In this document: positions 13,106 through 24,388 of the stretch, piece by piece
Layout: the number at the start of each line of letters is the position of its first letter
How positions within the stretch are numbered: position 1 is the stretch's first letter
Assembly: GCA_951406725.2 (NCBI GenBank)
Contig: OX597820.1
Coordinates: 103,044,001-103,108,000, forward strand
Origin: Octopus vulgaris
Taxonomy: Eukaryota
Direction of reading: 5' to 3'
DNA length: 64,000 nt
The notes under the pieces: model-generated
Seen by the model: the letters and a program-made list of their open reading frames with translations, nothing else
The model's database searches: none
Told to the model about the DNA's origin: nothing
Translations under genes and position numbers: made by a program

Positions 13106-15543
13106 GTGTGAAATCCACGTAAGGATGTTTATCAATACGTTGATGTGTTATGAGGAAGAACAAAGCTAGTAAACAAAAACATTCCGAATATTTATTCCAA
13201 GTAGTCAGCTGTCTTAAGGCGGAAATTCATTGCTGTTCACGATGTATACGCACAGATCTGTAGTGTAGAATAATGTTACAAACGACGGGAAGTGGGTAGA
13301 TTGATTAAGTTTGGCCAGTAGATTTAAAGTGACGGGTGTTGCAGGTCTGAGCGATTCGGTATCGTTCCATCGGACGAACAAAGGTGTTCTCTTAAACGAT
13401 CTTCGTATTGATTACGAATCTTTTACATTTTTACCGTAGCCATTCTGAGTGAGAATTTGTTCAACATTTATTACCACGTCACTATTTTCCAGAATTATAA
13501 AATTAATATCATAAGTCACACAATTTTGTTTCTATCTTATTTACGTTTTATTTTCTTATTTGTAGTTCTAGGTTATCAACCAGATTAAGTCAATATTTCC
13601 CAACATCTTTGTTCTGGATTATCTGCAAAGTTCAATTAATTACAACAATACAGTGAATATAACTGCAAACAGTAAACCTTGGATTTTTCTCTGTTTTACC
13701 CTACAAATTTTAATCGGCTTACTCTTTCACTCCCGGAAAACTAACGAGATTTATCAAGAATTCAAATTATAGAAAGATCCGATTTCCTACTGAAGAAATC
13801 ATTCTTTGCCTTGAACAAATCTTAATGAATTCTTTTGATCTTTTAGAACGACTATGCAAGATCAATTTTGAATTGTTGCGTGTTTATGAATGTGTTCCGT
13901 TTGAATATGTATCGCACGTAAGTGTATGCAAATGTCTTTGTATGTTGTAGGTGCGTGTGCTAGTGAGTATTTTGTTCGCGGCGTTTAGTTTTGATCTTGT
14001 AAAAGAAACAGAATAATCTAGAATACTATCATCACCGTTTATTCTAGAAAATAAAGGCAACTCTTTCACATTCTTGACATAAGCAAATTATCGAATTGAT
14101 TACGATATCGATCACTTTGTTTGTTGCACGTGTTTTAATTAATGTTCTTGTACCTTAAATATTTAACTGTGAGAATCCTCTTCAATGCTCATATCTTTGT
14201 AAAGTATCGGGAAGTCGAAAGTGGACGGTACCAACTCCATCCGGAATTGATAGAGAGGAAATTATTATTCGGATGTGATGAGACATCAATAAAATGGCAA
14301 CCGACAACAGGAAACCAACTCAAATCGAAAAGAATATGCTGGAACCCGTTTAAATATCCTCATACAAAATGAATTAAATGACACAGGATACATAACAATG
14401 AAGACGAATGTTTCGAACAGAATACAATTTAATTCAGTAAAGAAAATAATTGGTTAGTACTAAGTTTATACATACTTCAGTCCAAATGTTTGAAAGTAAT
14501 ACAAAGTACAAAATTTTCGGCAAGAAGAGTGTTATAACAGAACAAACAGAAACTAATTATATTTTGTGAAAATGAACATATTGCAGTGATTCATATTGGT
14601 AAGTTGCTATAATTGTGTATATAAAAACAGAGTAAAAAGAACTTTTAAGCCCCTGATCATGATATGATGTATAACAGAATCAAAAACTTTTTCATTGTTA
14701 AATGTTAGTCGAGCAAAGTCAGTATATTGTTCCAAGAAGACTTCATATTTATTGGTTACTGGTTTCAAAAAAATCATGAGACTAACAGAAAATGTGTAAA
14801 GGACGGCGGGAGCTGTTAAGCTGGTGATTGAGTCCACTAACTTCTAATATTTTAGGTCTACCAAAAGATCAAATTAATGTAGGAAATCTGCATCTGTTAT
14901 CGGTGAAATTAAATTAGCTACGGTAAAAATCTGTTTGAAACTACGTCTTAGTCCCAAGTTCAAGGTGATTTTTCACCAAAGCTATTTATAAGCGAATAGC
15001 TGACCACATGAAACAATGATTTTTTGATTTTTATTTTATAGTCGAAAAAATTTAAGGGGAGCGCTGATTAAATTTTAATTCTCGTCTCAAATAATTGCTG
15101 CCCAGAGAGTTATATGCGGTGGGGAAGGGTGGAGAAAGGCAAAGAAATCTAAAAAAAAAAATTATGTTGCAAAAAAATAGAAGATTGAATGCGGTGCTGA
15201 ACTTGTGAGCCAACCTGCAGTACTACTAGCAATGTGACCGGAGTCACCGAGGTGTACTGGAGATGTAAGGACGGGAACGTCGAAGAGAGAAATTCTGTGA
15301 CAGACGAACGCAAGCATTGAATATCAGCTATAAGCGTCTGCATTAATGTTGCTTGTTGGTCAACATTCGTATTAAAGTAATTGCAAGTAAACAAGAAGTT
15401 TTGCTCGGTTGTGAGACGGCCAAAGTAAAAATGATAACCTACAACGCGACACCAATTCGATACGAAATGTGTAACGTATATATAAATAACGTCAATATAA
15501 ATAACGTCAGATAAATTAAATAACACAGGGATACAGAACAAAA

Positions 15544-15882
15544 CTCTTTTACTCTTTTACTTGTTTCAGTCATTTGACTGCGGCCATGCTGGAGCACCGC
15601 CTTTAGTTGAGCAAATCAACTCCGGGACTTATTCTTTGTAAGCTCAGTACTTATTCTATCGATCTCTTTTGCCGAACCGCTAAGTGACGGGGACGTAAAC
15701 ACACCAGCATCGGTTGTCAAGCAATGCTAGGGGGACAAATACGACAGGCTTCTTTCGGTTTCCGTCTACCAAATCCACTCACAAGGCATTGGTCGGCCCG
15801 GGGCTATAGCAGAAGACACTTGCCCAAGATGCCACGCAGTGGGACTGAACCCGGAACCATGTGGTTGGTTAGCAAGCTACTT
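15544..15882 (-). mobile_element. tRNA-derived SINE family C (3' part); its head is split by two insertions
   Basis: Same family as 51950-52300, 53155-53610 and 55926-56335. The sequence resumes at 20227-20258 (AAGCTACTTACCACACAGCCACTCCTGCGCCT). Confidence 0.92.
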
Positions 15883-18089
15883 TATTTCAAAACATTTGCC
15901 ATAAAGGCAGTACACAGATTAAGTTAGCTTTACGGGCTGGACGAGGACATTAATGAAGTGAATGATAATGAAAGAAAGATGATAAGGATGGGAGAAGACA
16001 GAAAGCGCCCGCCGACTTTTGCTTCTCTAAAACATTGTTCTTTTTAAAAAGATAAACACAAAACGAGGTATAAAACCTCTTACAATTTTTCCCAATTTTT
16101 GGGCTTAGCAGTCCATTATTAATACAAAACGAGGTATTAATCCTCTTACAATTTTTCAATTTTTGGACTTAAGTCCATTACTAATAATACATATCGTCCT
16201 CGAAATAGCTTGTGCCCGCGCCCTCCACCATCAACCACGCCTCCCTCAGAACGTAGTCAAGTTCCGAGTTCGCGTCGCCCGGGACCAAGTTATAATCTTC
16301 GTTGAGCTCCTTTAGCCCTAGCGTCACGTCGAACGCCACGGCCTCCATAGCTACCTGCGGAGGCCATTCGGGGTCCTGTGTGAAGGCTAAAGGTGCTCCC
16401 TTGTAGTGCTCTTCCATCACTTTTTCAATTTCTCCTCCTCTATAGAAGAGGACCAACACATTTAGTTCTTTCGTTGGCGGCACAGTTTCCGCCAACGGTA
16501 TTCCTTCTCTTGTCGGTGGCACAACCCCAACCGACGTAGTTCCGCGACATTCCGGTGCTACACTGACAGCCGGTAATGTCCCGTTTTTCTTCCTCTTTTT
16601 CTTTTTTTTTCCCTTTTCAACTGAGGGAGGGTGCGTCTCCTCCGTGGCTGGAAGATTCGCCTTCCTCTCCTCATCCCTATTATCCTTTGGTGAGCACCCA
16701 TTGTTGCTCACCTTCCTCTTTCGGCCTCTGTTTGAGGAGTCCTCTGCTTTCTCGGCCGTTATCGTTCCCTCTTCTAGAGGGGTTTTACTTAACTGTTCCG
16801 GGATCCTATTTTGTTCCCGAGGACAGTTCTTCTTTATGTGGCCGGACTCCAAGCACCGATGACACTTAGGGGGGCGACCCTCAAGCATCACCGGGTACCT
16901 GCACCCGGCCATTTTCAAAAAATCTGGAAGAACCAGATTGGCTGATTGTGTCCACAGAGTCAAAATTGCTTTCGACCCAACCCAAGCAGCCGCAGGAAGA
17001 ACTTTTACATTGATGAGCTTAGTTTCGCTGTCACCCAGACCCCGGCGGATAGTCTCCTCTATCCACTCGGGTTCTATGTCGGGTGGCAGTCCGCAGATCC
17101 AAGCTTTCATCAATTTCTTTTTTTTGTACGTGGGCAGGAATAAGATTTCCTTACCCTCCAAGGGTTTGCTAGCAAATATGCAAGCCTCTTCAGGGGTGTC
17201 AAATAGCAACCACACCGTTGCATATTTGACACCCCTGGAAATGAATTTAATTGTTGGCAAATACTCTTCTAACTCCTCCTCAATTGCCGTCTTTTCGAAT
17301 AGGGCGATGGTGTCAAGTGCCTTGGAGTAGGTTCTCAACACCACCGTCCTATCTTCACGGTCTTTTAACCACTTTTTGGGTGGTATGATTTCCCACTCCA
17401 AAATTTTGTTATTTTTCCATTGCCATGTTTTTTTAAAAATATATTCAAATTAAACTCAAAAGCAGGAAGAAAAAAGTTCAAAAGTCTAAATAAAATTTGA
17501 TAGATTTTTGAAAAAACAAAAAGGAGAAAGCACAACAGAAGGGAAGAAATTAACGGAAAGTCGCAATAAAGAAAAAAAACAAAAGGGGGGGGGTTAAATG
17601 AAGTTCAAAAGAAAGTTAATAAACAGAAAAAACACAGCAAAAATATTCTGGCCTTGCGGTACTCCCGGCCTGGGTTGAACCTGGAACGCCGCAACTGCAA
17701 CACAACCTCCACAAAAATGGGTCCGAAAGGTAATCCAATAGTGGCTTATTTTTATAATTTTCTTGCGAAGTAGTAAAACACAAGCAAACAAATTAATTTT
17801 TGCGGAGGGGCTACGCCTCCTCAAAAAGCACAATTCTCACTAAAGAGTGAGACCTTAGACACGACAACAGGCAGAGAAATATATCTGAAGTAAAGTGAAG
17901 TCTATTACCCGCAAAAAAATATTAATGCTAGATAACGTTAACTGCTAAATAACATTAAGCAAGCAATAAACTTCACTATGCTTCTAAAAATACAGAACGT
18001 CTTACCTGTCACCGAGTCAAAAGTTCAACATTTCACGTTCAAACACGTGACATTTGCAGGAGCAAAAAACAACACGTCTGTCTGGTAAG
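15883..18089 (-). mobile_element. ORF1-only non-LTR retroelement 1 (Tx1-ORF1-like, no EN/RT)
   Basis: Bounded by AAGCTACTT at 15874-15882 and 18090-18098. The 3' end carries AATAAA. It has a single long ORF, and its 5' and 3' UTRs are homologous to element 2. Confidence 0.88.
16181..17401 (-). CDS. Gag/ORF1-like nucleic-acid-binding protein (RRM-like region, CCHC zinc knuckle, basic region)
   Basis: 406-aa open frame with CHRCLESGHIKKNC (CX2CX4HX4C) preceded by VMLEGRPP. Motifs RTVV and FISRGVKYAT match the Tx1 ORF1 at 41450-41950. The nearest ATGs (~17426 and ~17420) are one base out of frame. Confidence 0.85.
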   Translation of the reverse strand: MEWEIIPPKKWLKDREDRTVVLRTYSKALDTIALFEKTAIEEELEEYLPTIKFISRGVKYATVWLLFDTPEEACIFASKPLEGKEILFLPTYKKKKLMKAWICGLPPDIEPEWIEETIRRGLGDSETKLINVKVLPAAAWVGSKAILTLWTQSANLVLPDFLKMAGCRYPVMLEGRPPKCHRCLESGHIKKNCPREQNRIPEQLSKTPLEEGTITAEKAEDSSNRGRKRKVSNNGCSPKDNRDEERKANLPATEETHPPSVEKGKKKKKRKKNGTLPAVSVAPECRGTTSVGVVPPTREGIPLAETVPPTKELNVLVLFYRGGEIEKVMEEHYKGAPLAFTQDPEWPPQVAMEAVAFDVTLGLKELNEDYNLVPGDANSELDYVLREAWLMVEGAGTSYFEDDMYY

Positions 18090-18098
18090 AAGCTACTT

Positions 18099-20226
18099 TA
18101 TTTTATTTTATTTGCCACTTAGGGCATCACACAGAGGTAGCGGTAGCTCCGGGCTGGACAAGGACATTAATGGATGATGGTGGTGGTGGATGAAAATGGT
18201 GATGGGAGAAGTCAGAAGCGCCCGTCGACCTCTGCTTCTCTAATACAATGTTCTTTTTACAATGTTTTTAAATTTTACAAAATTCAAAATTCAAAAATTT
18301 CAGAAAATAACAGTGTTCAATGAATACATTTAGTAAAATGTTCAAAAATGTTCAAAATGTTCAAATTACATTTTTTCAGACGAGGTGATAAACCTCCTCT
18401 TCAACATGTTTAAAAATATTCAAAATGTTCAAAAAGTGTTTAACAATTCTCCCCGTCAGGTCCCCGAAGCAAATTGTCTTGCCGCCTGCAGACAACTCTG
18501 CGACGACAAGTCGGGGCCTGCGAAGAGAAAGGTAAAGTGCCTTCTTTCAAAGGTCTCTGCGACCCTTGATAAGATAGCCTCCGTTACCCTTTCCGCAGCT
18601 ACCCGCGGAGGCCATAACGGATTTCTTGAGCCGACCGCGCCCTTGCGCTCTCGGTCGCTCAAGCCATTCAAGAAATCTTCCACCTCCTCTCCCTTGTGGT
18701 AGAGGAGGAGAAGCATCTCCTCTTCACAGGAAGGGACCTCCAGTGGCTCACTTCCTACTGGCGGAGCCTTGTCCGCGGGTGGCACACATCCCACCCGCGG
18801 CTCCGTCGGCGACACAGAAACGTCAGACGTCCGACCTCTCCTTTTTCTCCTCCTTCTTTTGGGGGAGACTGCTAACCCAGGGGACTCCGTCACCAGACAC
18901 GGGGGATTGCTATCCCCCTCCGCCCCCTGAGCGTTCTTTGGTGGGCAACCATTGTTGCTTGCCAGCCTCTTTCTTTTCGTGGAGGCAACCTCCTCCACGA
19001 CTTCCACCGTCTCCCCCTCCAATGAGGGGACGGCGGGCACCTTTTCCTTTTCATGTTCCGGGGCGGCACCACGGCCCCCGGGACACTTCTTAATATGTCC
19101 AGGCTCCGAGCACCGGTGACACTTGGGGCGCGTCCCTCAAGCATCACCGGGTACCTGGACCCGGCCATCTTCAGGAAGTCCGGAAAAACCAGACTCTTGG
19201 CCGACTGGGTCCACAGAGTCAAAGTGGCCTTTGACCCTTCCCAGTTAGCCGCAGGCTGTATTTTAACGTTGAGGATCTTGGCGTCCCTGTCACCCAGCCC
19301 CCGGCGGATAGAGTCTTCTATCCACTCGGGTTCAAAGCCGGGCGGCAGGCCACAGACCCACAAACGTAACAGTTTTTCCCCCTGTAACTGGGGAGAAACA
19401 GAATTTCATTGCCCTCAATGGGCTGGCTTGCACATTTGCAAGCTTCTTCGGCGGAGTCAAATAGCAACCAGACCGTTGCGTACTTGACCCCCGTTGTATA
19501 TGTTTAACGGCTGGCATATAATCTGCCAGCTCGTTCTCAATGGTATCTCTCGGAAAGACCATTATGGTGTCGAGTACCTTTGAAAATGTTCTCAGCACCA
19601 CGGTTCTTTCCTCAAGATCATGTAAATATTTTTTGGGAGGTGCCAACTCCCACACAGTAAAATTCCTTGCCTTCGCCATAACGTAAAATACAATAGTTCA
19701 ATAATAACTAAATTTAGCCACAGAAAGGAGAATAAAAATGTAACAGAAGGGAAGAAAAAAATAAAAATGGCAGTTCAAAAAAGTTTTTAACAAATAAATG
19801 ATAGAAGAGAAAGAGAGTTCAAATTAGGCAAAGGAATTCAGTTTTCTTTTTTTCTCACTTCTTCGGCCAGAATGTAATCCGTGCCAAATGCATTGGTAAG
19901 ACCCTTGGTAAACAATCCTTGGTAATCCCGTGGACACACAATGACGATTTCACAATAATCTCTTCAGTCGGACCAAGCCGCTTCAAAAATACAATTTCTT
20001 TCGCTCGACACAGGCAGAAAAATTACATTCGGAGAAAAGTGGAGCCTTATTACTTGCTAAAAAATATTAAATGTTAGAAAACATTCATGCAAGCAATAAA
20101 GCTTCACTAAACTCACAAAAACACAAAATTCCTACCTTTAGTCGAGACGAAAGTTCAATATTTCGCGTTGAAACAACACGACATCTGGAGCAGCAAAAAA
20201 ACACGTCTAACTCAGACGAAGGTAAG
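18099..20226 (-). mobile_element. ORF1-only non-LTR retroelement 2 (diverged paralogue of element 1)
   Basis: Bounded by AAGCTACTT at 18090-18098 and 20227-20235, with an (AAAAT)n-like 3' tail. Termini are homologous to element 1. Confidence 0.88.
18456..19679 (-). pseudogene. ORF1-like protein, frameshifted (ORFs 19332..19679, 18890..19363 and 18456..19040)
   Basis: MAKARNFTVWELAPPKK..ERTVVLRTFSKVLDTI, WVCGLPP...PDFLKMAGSRYPVMLEGR, the zinc knuckle KCHRCSEPGHIKKC in a shifted frame, and C-terminal LWPPRVAAE all align to 16181..17401. Confidence 0.85.
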
Positions 20227-20258
20227 AAGCTACTTACCACACAGCCACTCCTGCGCCT
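20227..20258 (-). mobile_element. 5' head (A-box part) of the interrupted family C SINE
   Basis: Minus strand AGGCGCAGGAGTGGCTGTGTGGTAAGTAGCTT joins seamlessly to 15873 and below. Confidence 0.9.
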
Positions 20259-20399
20259 ATGAGGACAAACATTTTGAACAAAATAATAATTTAAGTAAAC
20301 AGTTGGTAGAAGTTATTTAACACGGACTTTAAATACAATCCAATCTACACATTTTCGGCAAGAAGATTATGCATGACAGAACGAACAAAAACGAAGATA

Positions 20400-20680
20400 G
20401 GTTCAGCAACCAGCCCAAGCTCCACTGCTCGTCAGTCTGAGAAAAGCAAACTGTCAAAGTATCGGTCGCTCTCTGACAGGTGTACGATCGAGTGTGTGAC
20501 AGTGAAAACCTCCGGTGTTCTCAGCCCCCGGACCATATTCCTGCTCACTGTTATCGGGGCGGAGATGGCTAACTGCAAGTGTGAGCCCTGTGAGTCAAAG
20601 TGGCTGTTCCAGCACATCTCCCTTGCCATCCTCCGAGGCAACGTCCTTTTCATTTTGTCTGCTGGGACCATGGGGCGGCC
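20400..20680 (+). pseudogene. C-terminal REL endonuclease fragment of a CRE-like non-LTR retrotransposon
   Basis: EKSKLSKYRSL...VTVKTSGVLSP...IG...EPCESKWLFQHISLAILRGN matches the CRE C-terminal FQRISxAIQRGN pattern. Confidence 0.75.
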
Positions 20681-21560
20681 TGAATTACAGGAAATTGTAC
20701 ATTCCACATCTTAATATAAAGTTACTCCCTTTTAAATTTTTCTGTCAAACCCCAATAAAGAAACAGTAAAAATCAGTACAATGAACGATGTTTCATTATA
20801 TACAAGATTACTACTATTTTTTTGTGTGTACTATAACGAAACATTTTTATGAGTTTACAAATGTGCGCGACAATGCAGTTCAAAAGTTCTTAGTCATAGA
20901 TAGAAATAATTGATAGTGTACAAAGTTTTCTCCCACATTCTTGTTCGATACAAATTCATTGAGGTCTCTATAGCAGAAAGACTAAAACTAAGTTCTCACA
21001 AACACTTAGAGAATGGACTCACAGAATACTTGTAGATTTTGTTTGAATAGTGTGACCAAATTCGTTGGGGAAGACAGTTTAGATATATCACGTTTGAAAT
21101 GGTTTTAGATGACGTTACTTTCCCAAACTTCTCTACGTTCGGACCGCAAATTATCTAGAGAGAAGACATGTCTAAATCTGGAAATAACAAGTCTGCAAAA
21201 GGCGTGGCTACAATACAATTTTTGGGAACTATGCTGTGACTATCTGACCATGTAACAATAATCAGGAAGTGATTAATACATCATTAGTCGTTCCAATGGT
21301 GTTCGTGATACTTTACATTCAAAAGTATCATGAACAAGTGGAAATAGGAAACAGAATAGATAAACCATCAGACTACTTTACGTTCGTTGAAGATCCAAGT
21401 TGAATGATTGAACACCAGTGTTGATTTTATTGTTTCTGAATGTTTGTATTGAAAATAGTCGTGTTGAGTTATAGCATGTATACAATATTAATACTATAAA
21501 TATCACTAAATAACTGGAAGTTTAATTCAAAAATTGTGGTTACTACTGTTGCTGTTGTCT

Positions 21561-21987
21561 TTTTCCGATCAGGACTCACGCCATTAGCCACAAAGAATAA
21601 TCTCTAATTTGAGCCTACTCTAAGCTACTAAGAATGCGTGTGGCAACTTGAAGATCCACTACATGCGATAGACTGGCGGTTGCACGGGCGAGAAAGCTAC
21701 GTTGTTATCCTTATTCCATAAACGGTGGTTTTTAAAGGGTGGTGCCTGGGGTACAGAGGATACGCAATCTAGACTAGGGACTGAAAGTTTACCACACCAT
21801 AGTGGGTTACACCATGGTTCCTCTGCTTTTTGGCAGAAGTAGGAAGAAAGAGTCAGAGAAAGTTGTGAAAGAGTACAACTTAGGTGTTTTTGGTCAATAA
21901 AAACTCACAATGCCCGGTCTGGGAATCGAAACCGCGCTCTTACGACTGCGAGTCCGCTGCCCTAACCACTGGGCCATTGCGCTTCCA
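21561..21987 (-). mobile_element. SINE with the family A head and core but a different 3' body
   Basis: 21840-21987 matches 8650-8835 with a deletion. 21561-21835 is unrelated to the family A tail. Flanks have CTGTT-rich direct repeats. Confidence 0.7.
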
Positions 21988-23076
21988 CTGTTACTGTTGT
22001 TGTCTATTATTGTTTAGATTCAGCTTGGCTGTCATTAAATAGAAATATAATTAAATAAATATCTTCTTGTCATCATCGCTCTGTCATTTGTCAAGACCTA
22101 GATAAGCAGGTGTCTTACTTATCATTAAGGCATTAGGATATAACTTGAGGGAAATTTTGTTCCTAGGATACTGTGTGGCCAAGTACACACTGTGCAAAGA
22201 GTGTCAATGTGCGTTTACCTCTGTGTGTATTTGTGAGTGCGTGTGCGTATATTTGTCTACACATGTATATGTGTGTATGTGTATGTTTATTAGTATCTGT
22301 ACTTGTGTATAATGTATGGCGGTATATGATGTGCGTGAATTCGTGTGTGTATGCGAGTGCATGTGAGTATATATGTGTATGTGTGTAACTGATTGTTATC
22401 CGTGTATGTATGTGCCCACGTTCGTGTACATATGCGTCTCCGTATTTGAGCATGTATGTCAGCGTGTGTGGTGTGTAATATGTATATGAGCATATATATG
22501 TGTGTGTGTGTGTGTGCCAGCGTGTTTATGTTAGCATGTTAGTGTTCGTATATGCGAATGTTTCTCGGTACGTGCCTACATGTGTCTGTCTGTAGATCTG
22601 TTCGTGTGTATTCTCGTGGGTGACACGTGTGTATTCTCGTGGGTGACACGAAAATGCCAGAGTGCTACCGTAGCTTGCAATGTTTTCGTATCCAATGTTT
22701 GTGTAGGCCAGAAGAAAGCAACAGTAATTGTTGCAATGCTCAGTTTAACTTTATCTTTGGAGTTCTGCATCAAGTATTACCGTCAGCCATAACTTGGTAA
22801 GCAACAACATTCCGTATAACAACTAGTAAAACTGCGAACTGGTAAACTAGTTAAGGTCTAGTTCCGAATGCTTCACACTATTCGTTCCGATTCTCTACGG
22901 TCAGAGTTCAAATGTCCCCGAGGACGATATAGCATTTCATCCTAGCGGATCGATTAACAATATGTACAAATTCTAGGCGGTGGATTAGCGGAACTGTAAG
23001 AAAGTCGGGCCGGGCCCCTTGCAGTATTTGTTCTGCTTCTTTGCATTCTGAGTTTAAATCGCACAATGGTTCATAT

Positions 23077-23329
23077 CAATGGCTCTCAATCGGAGTCCAT
23101 ATGGCCCTTGAGGATCCATATAAGCTTTTGTTGTTAAAATTTATTTGCAACAAATTAGTTATACTTTTACAATACACTAAATATTTTAACAATTTATTAT
23201 ACAATGCCTAATAAAATTTGATTATATGAATTTAAGATTTATTTAAAAAACATAAATAGCTAGGCAGATGCATCCGAGTAGAATAAGAATCAAAGGAGTT
23301 CATAGACGAAAAATGGTTGAAAAACATGG
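23077..23329. mobile_element. hAT/Charlie-type MITE, degraded
   Basis: Ends CAATGGCTCTCAATC ... GGTTGAAAAACATGG resemble CAGTGGTTCTCAACC TIRs. Imperfect 8-bp flanks GTTCATAT/ATTTATAT. Confidence 0.55.
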
Positions 23330-24012
23330 ATTTATATGAATGATAGACTTAACCGGTTCCTTGGTTTAAAACCACCAGCAGGCACCTGGGGTACTTTTAG
23401 CCAAGTCCACTTTGTCGCAACCATTGAGACCTGGTCTCCAGTTTATGCATAACTCTTTCTCTCTCTACTCCGCCACTCTTGGAGGCCCTGTATAGGGTCA
23501 CGAACATTACCTTCACTACTGAATAAAAGATTTAATAAAAGTCGTCTTAATTTAATGTACATTAACATCCCGTGTTAAGCTCATTACACGCAAGCATCTA
23601 GCATCGAGGGTATTCATATCGACCTTTGGAAGATACTAAGGAAATTACAATCATCATCATCGACATCTTTGTCATCGTTGTCGTTACAATCATCAGCAGC
23701 AGTAGCAGTAGCATCGGCATCAGTTTAGTTGCTGTTGATAGGTATTCCATCCATGGCCAGCACTCTTTTTACATATTATCTATTACTGTATTGCCCGATG
23801 TGATCTTTCCCATTTTTGAATCAGCGGAAATTATCTGAAGCATATCCATGCGCTATTTCTAGCAGGTTGACCAGCCACATACAAGTTCTCTGGTTACCGG
23901 CTGTGAAATGATTACACAATCAACCTAAACATACGTGCTAGCACATATTTTGGTGTCTGTGTCACACTCTTATACATTAATGCAGGGTACATGCAACTGT
24001 CATCCAGATATT

Positions 24013-24388
24013 CTTTTCTAACAAAGGGATTAAGTCGATTACATTAACCCCCAGTGCATAACTAGTACTTTATTTATCGACCCCGAAAGGATGAAAGGCA
24101 AAGTCAACCTGGCGGAATTTGAACTCATAACGTAAAGACAGACGAAATACTTATTTATTTCTTTACTGCCCACAAGGGGCTAAACATAGAGGGGACAAAC
24201 AAGGACAGACAAAGGGATTAAGTCGATTACATTGACCCCAGTGAGTAACTGGTACTTATTTAATCGACCCTGAAAGGATGAAAGGCTAAGTCGACCTCGG
24301 CGGAATTTGAACTCAGAACGTAGTGGCAGACGAAACACTGCTAAGAATTTCGCCCGGCGTGCTAACGTTTTTGCCAGCTCGCCGCCTT
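24013..24388 (-). mobile_element. Family M SINE tandem dimer with a Tx1-like 3' tail
   Basis: A full unit (24151-24388) is followed by a headless unit (24021-24150). A 17-bp direct repeat ACTGT(C/A)ATCCAGATATT lies at 23996-24012 and 24389-24405. Confidence 0.88.

Noticed and set aside
11900-15540. Unique-looking sequence with short ORFs as possible host exons
   Set aside because: No recognisable protein motif and no consistent splice or frame structure; small exons cannot be excluded without RNA-seq.
16576-19487. Plus-strand ORFs overlapping the ORF1-only elements
   Set aside because: They are antisense shadows of GC-rich coding sequence and are not conserved as a protein between the two elements.
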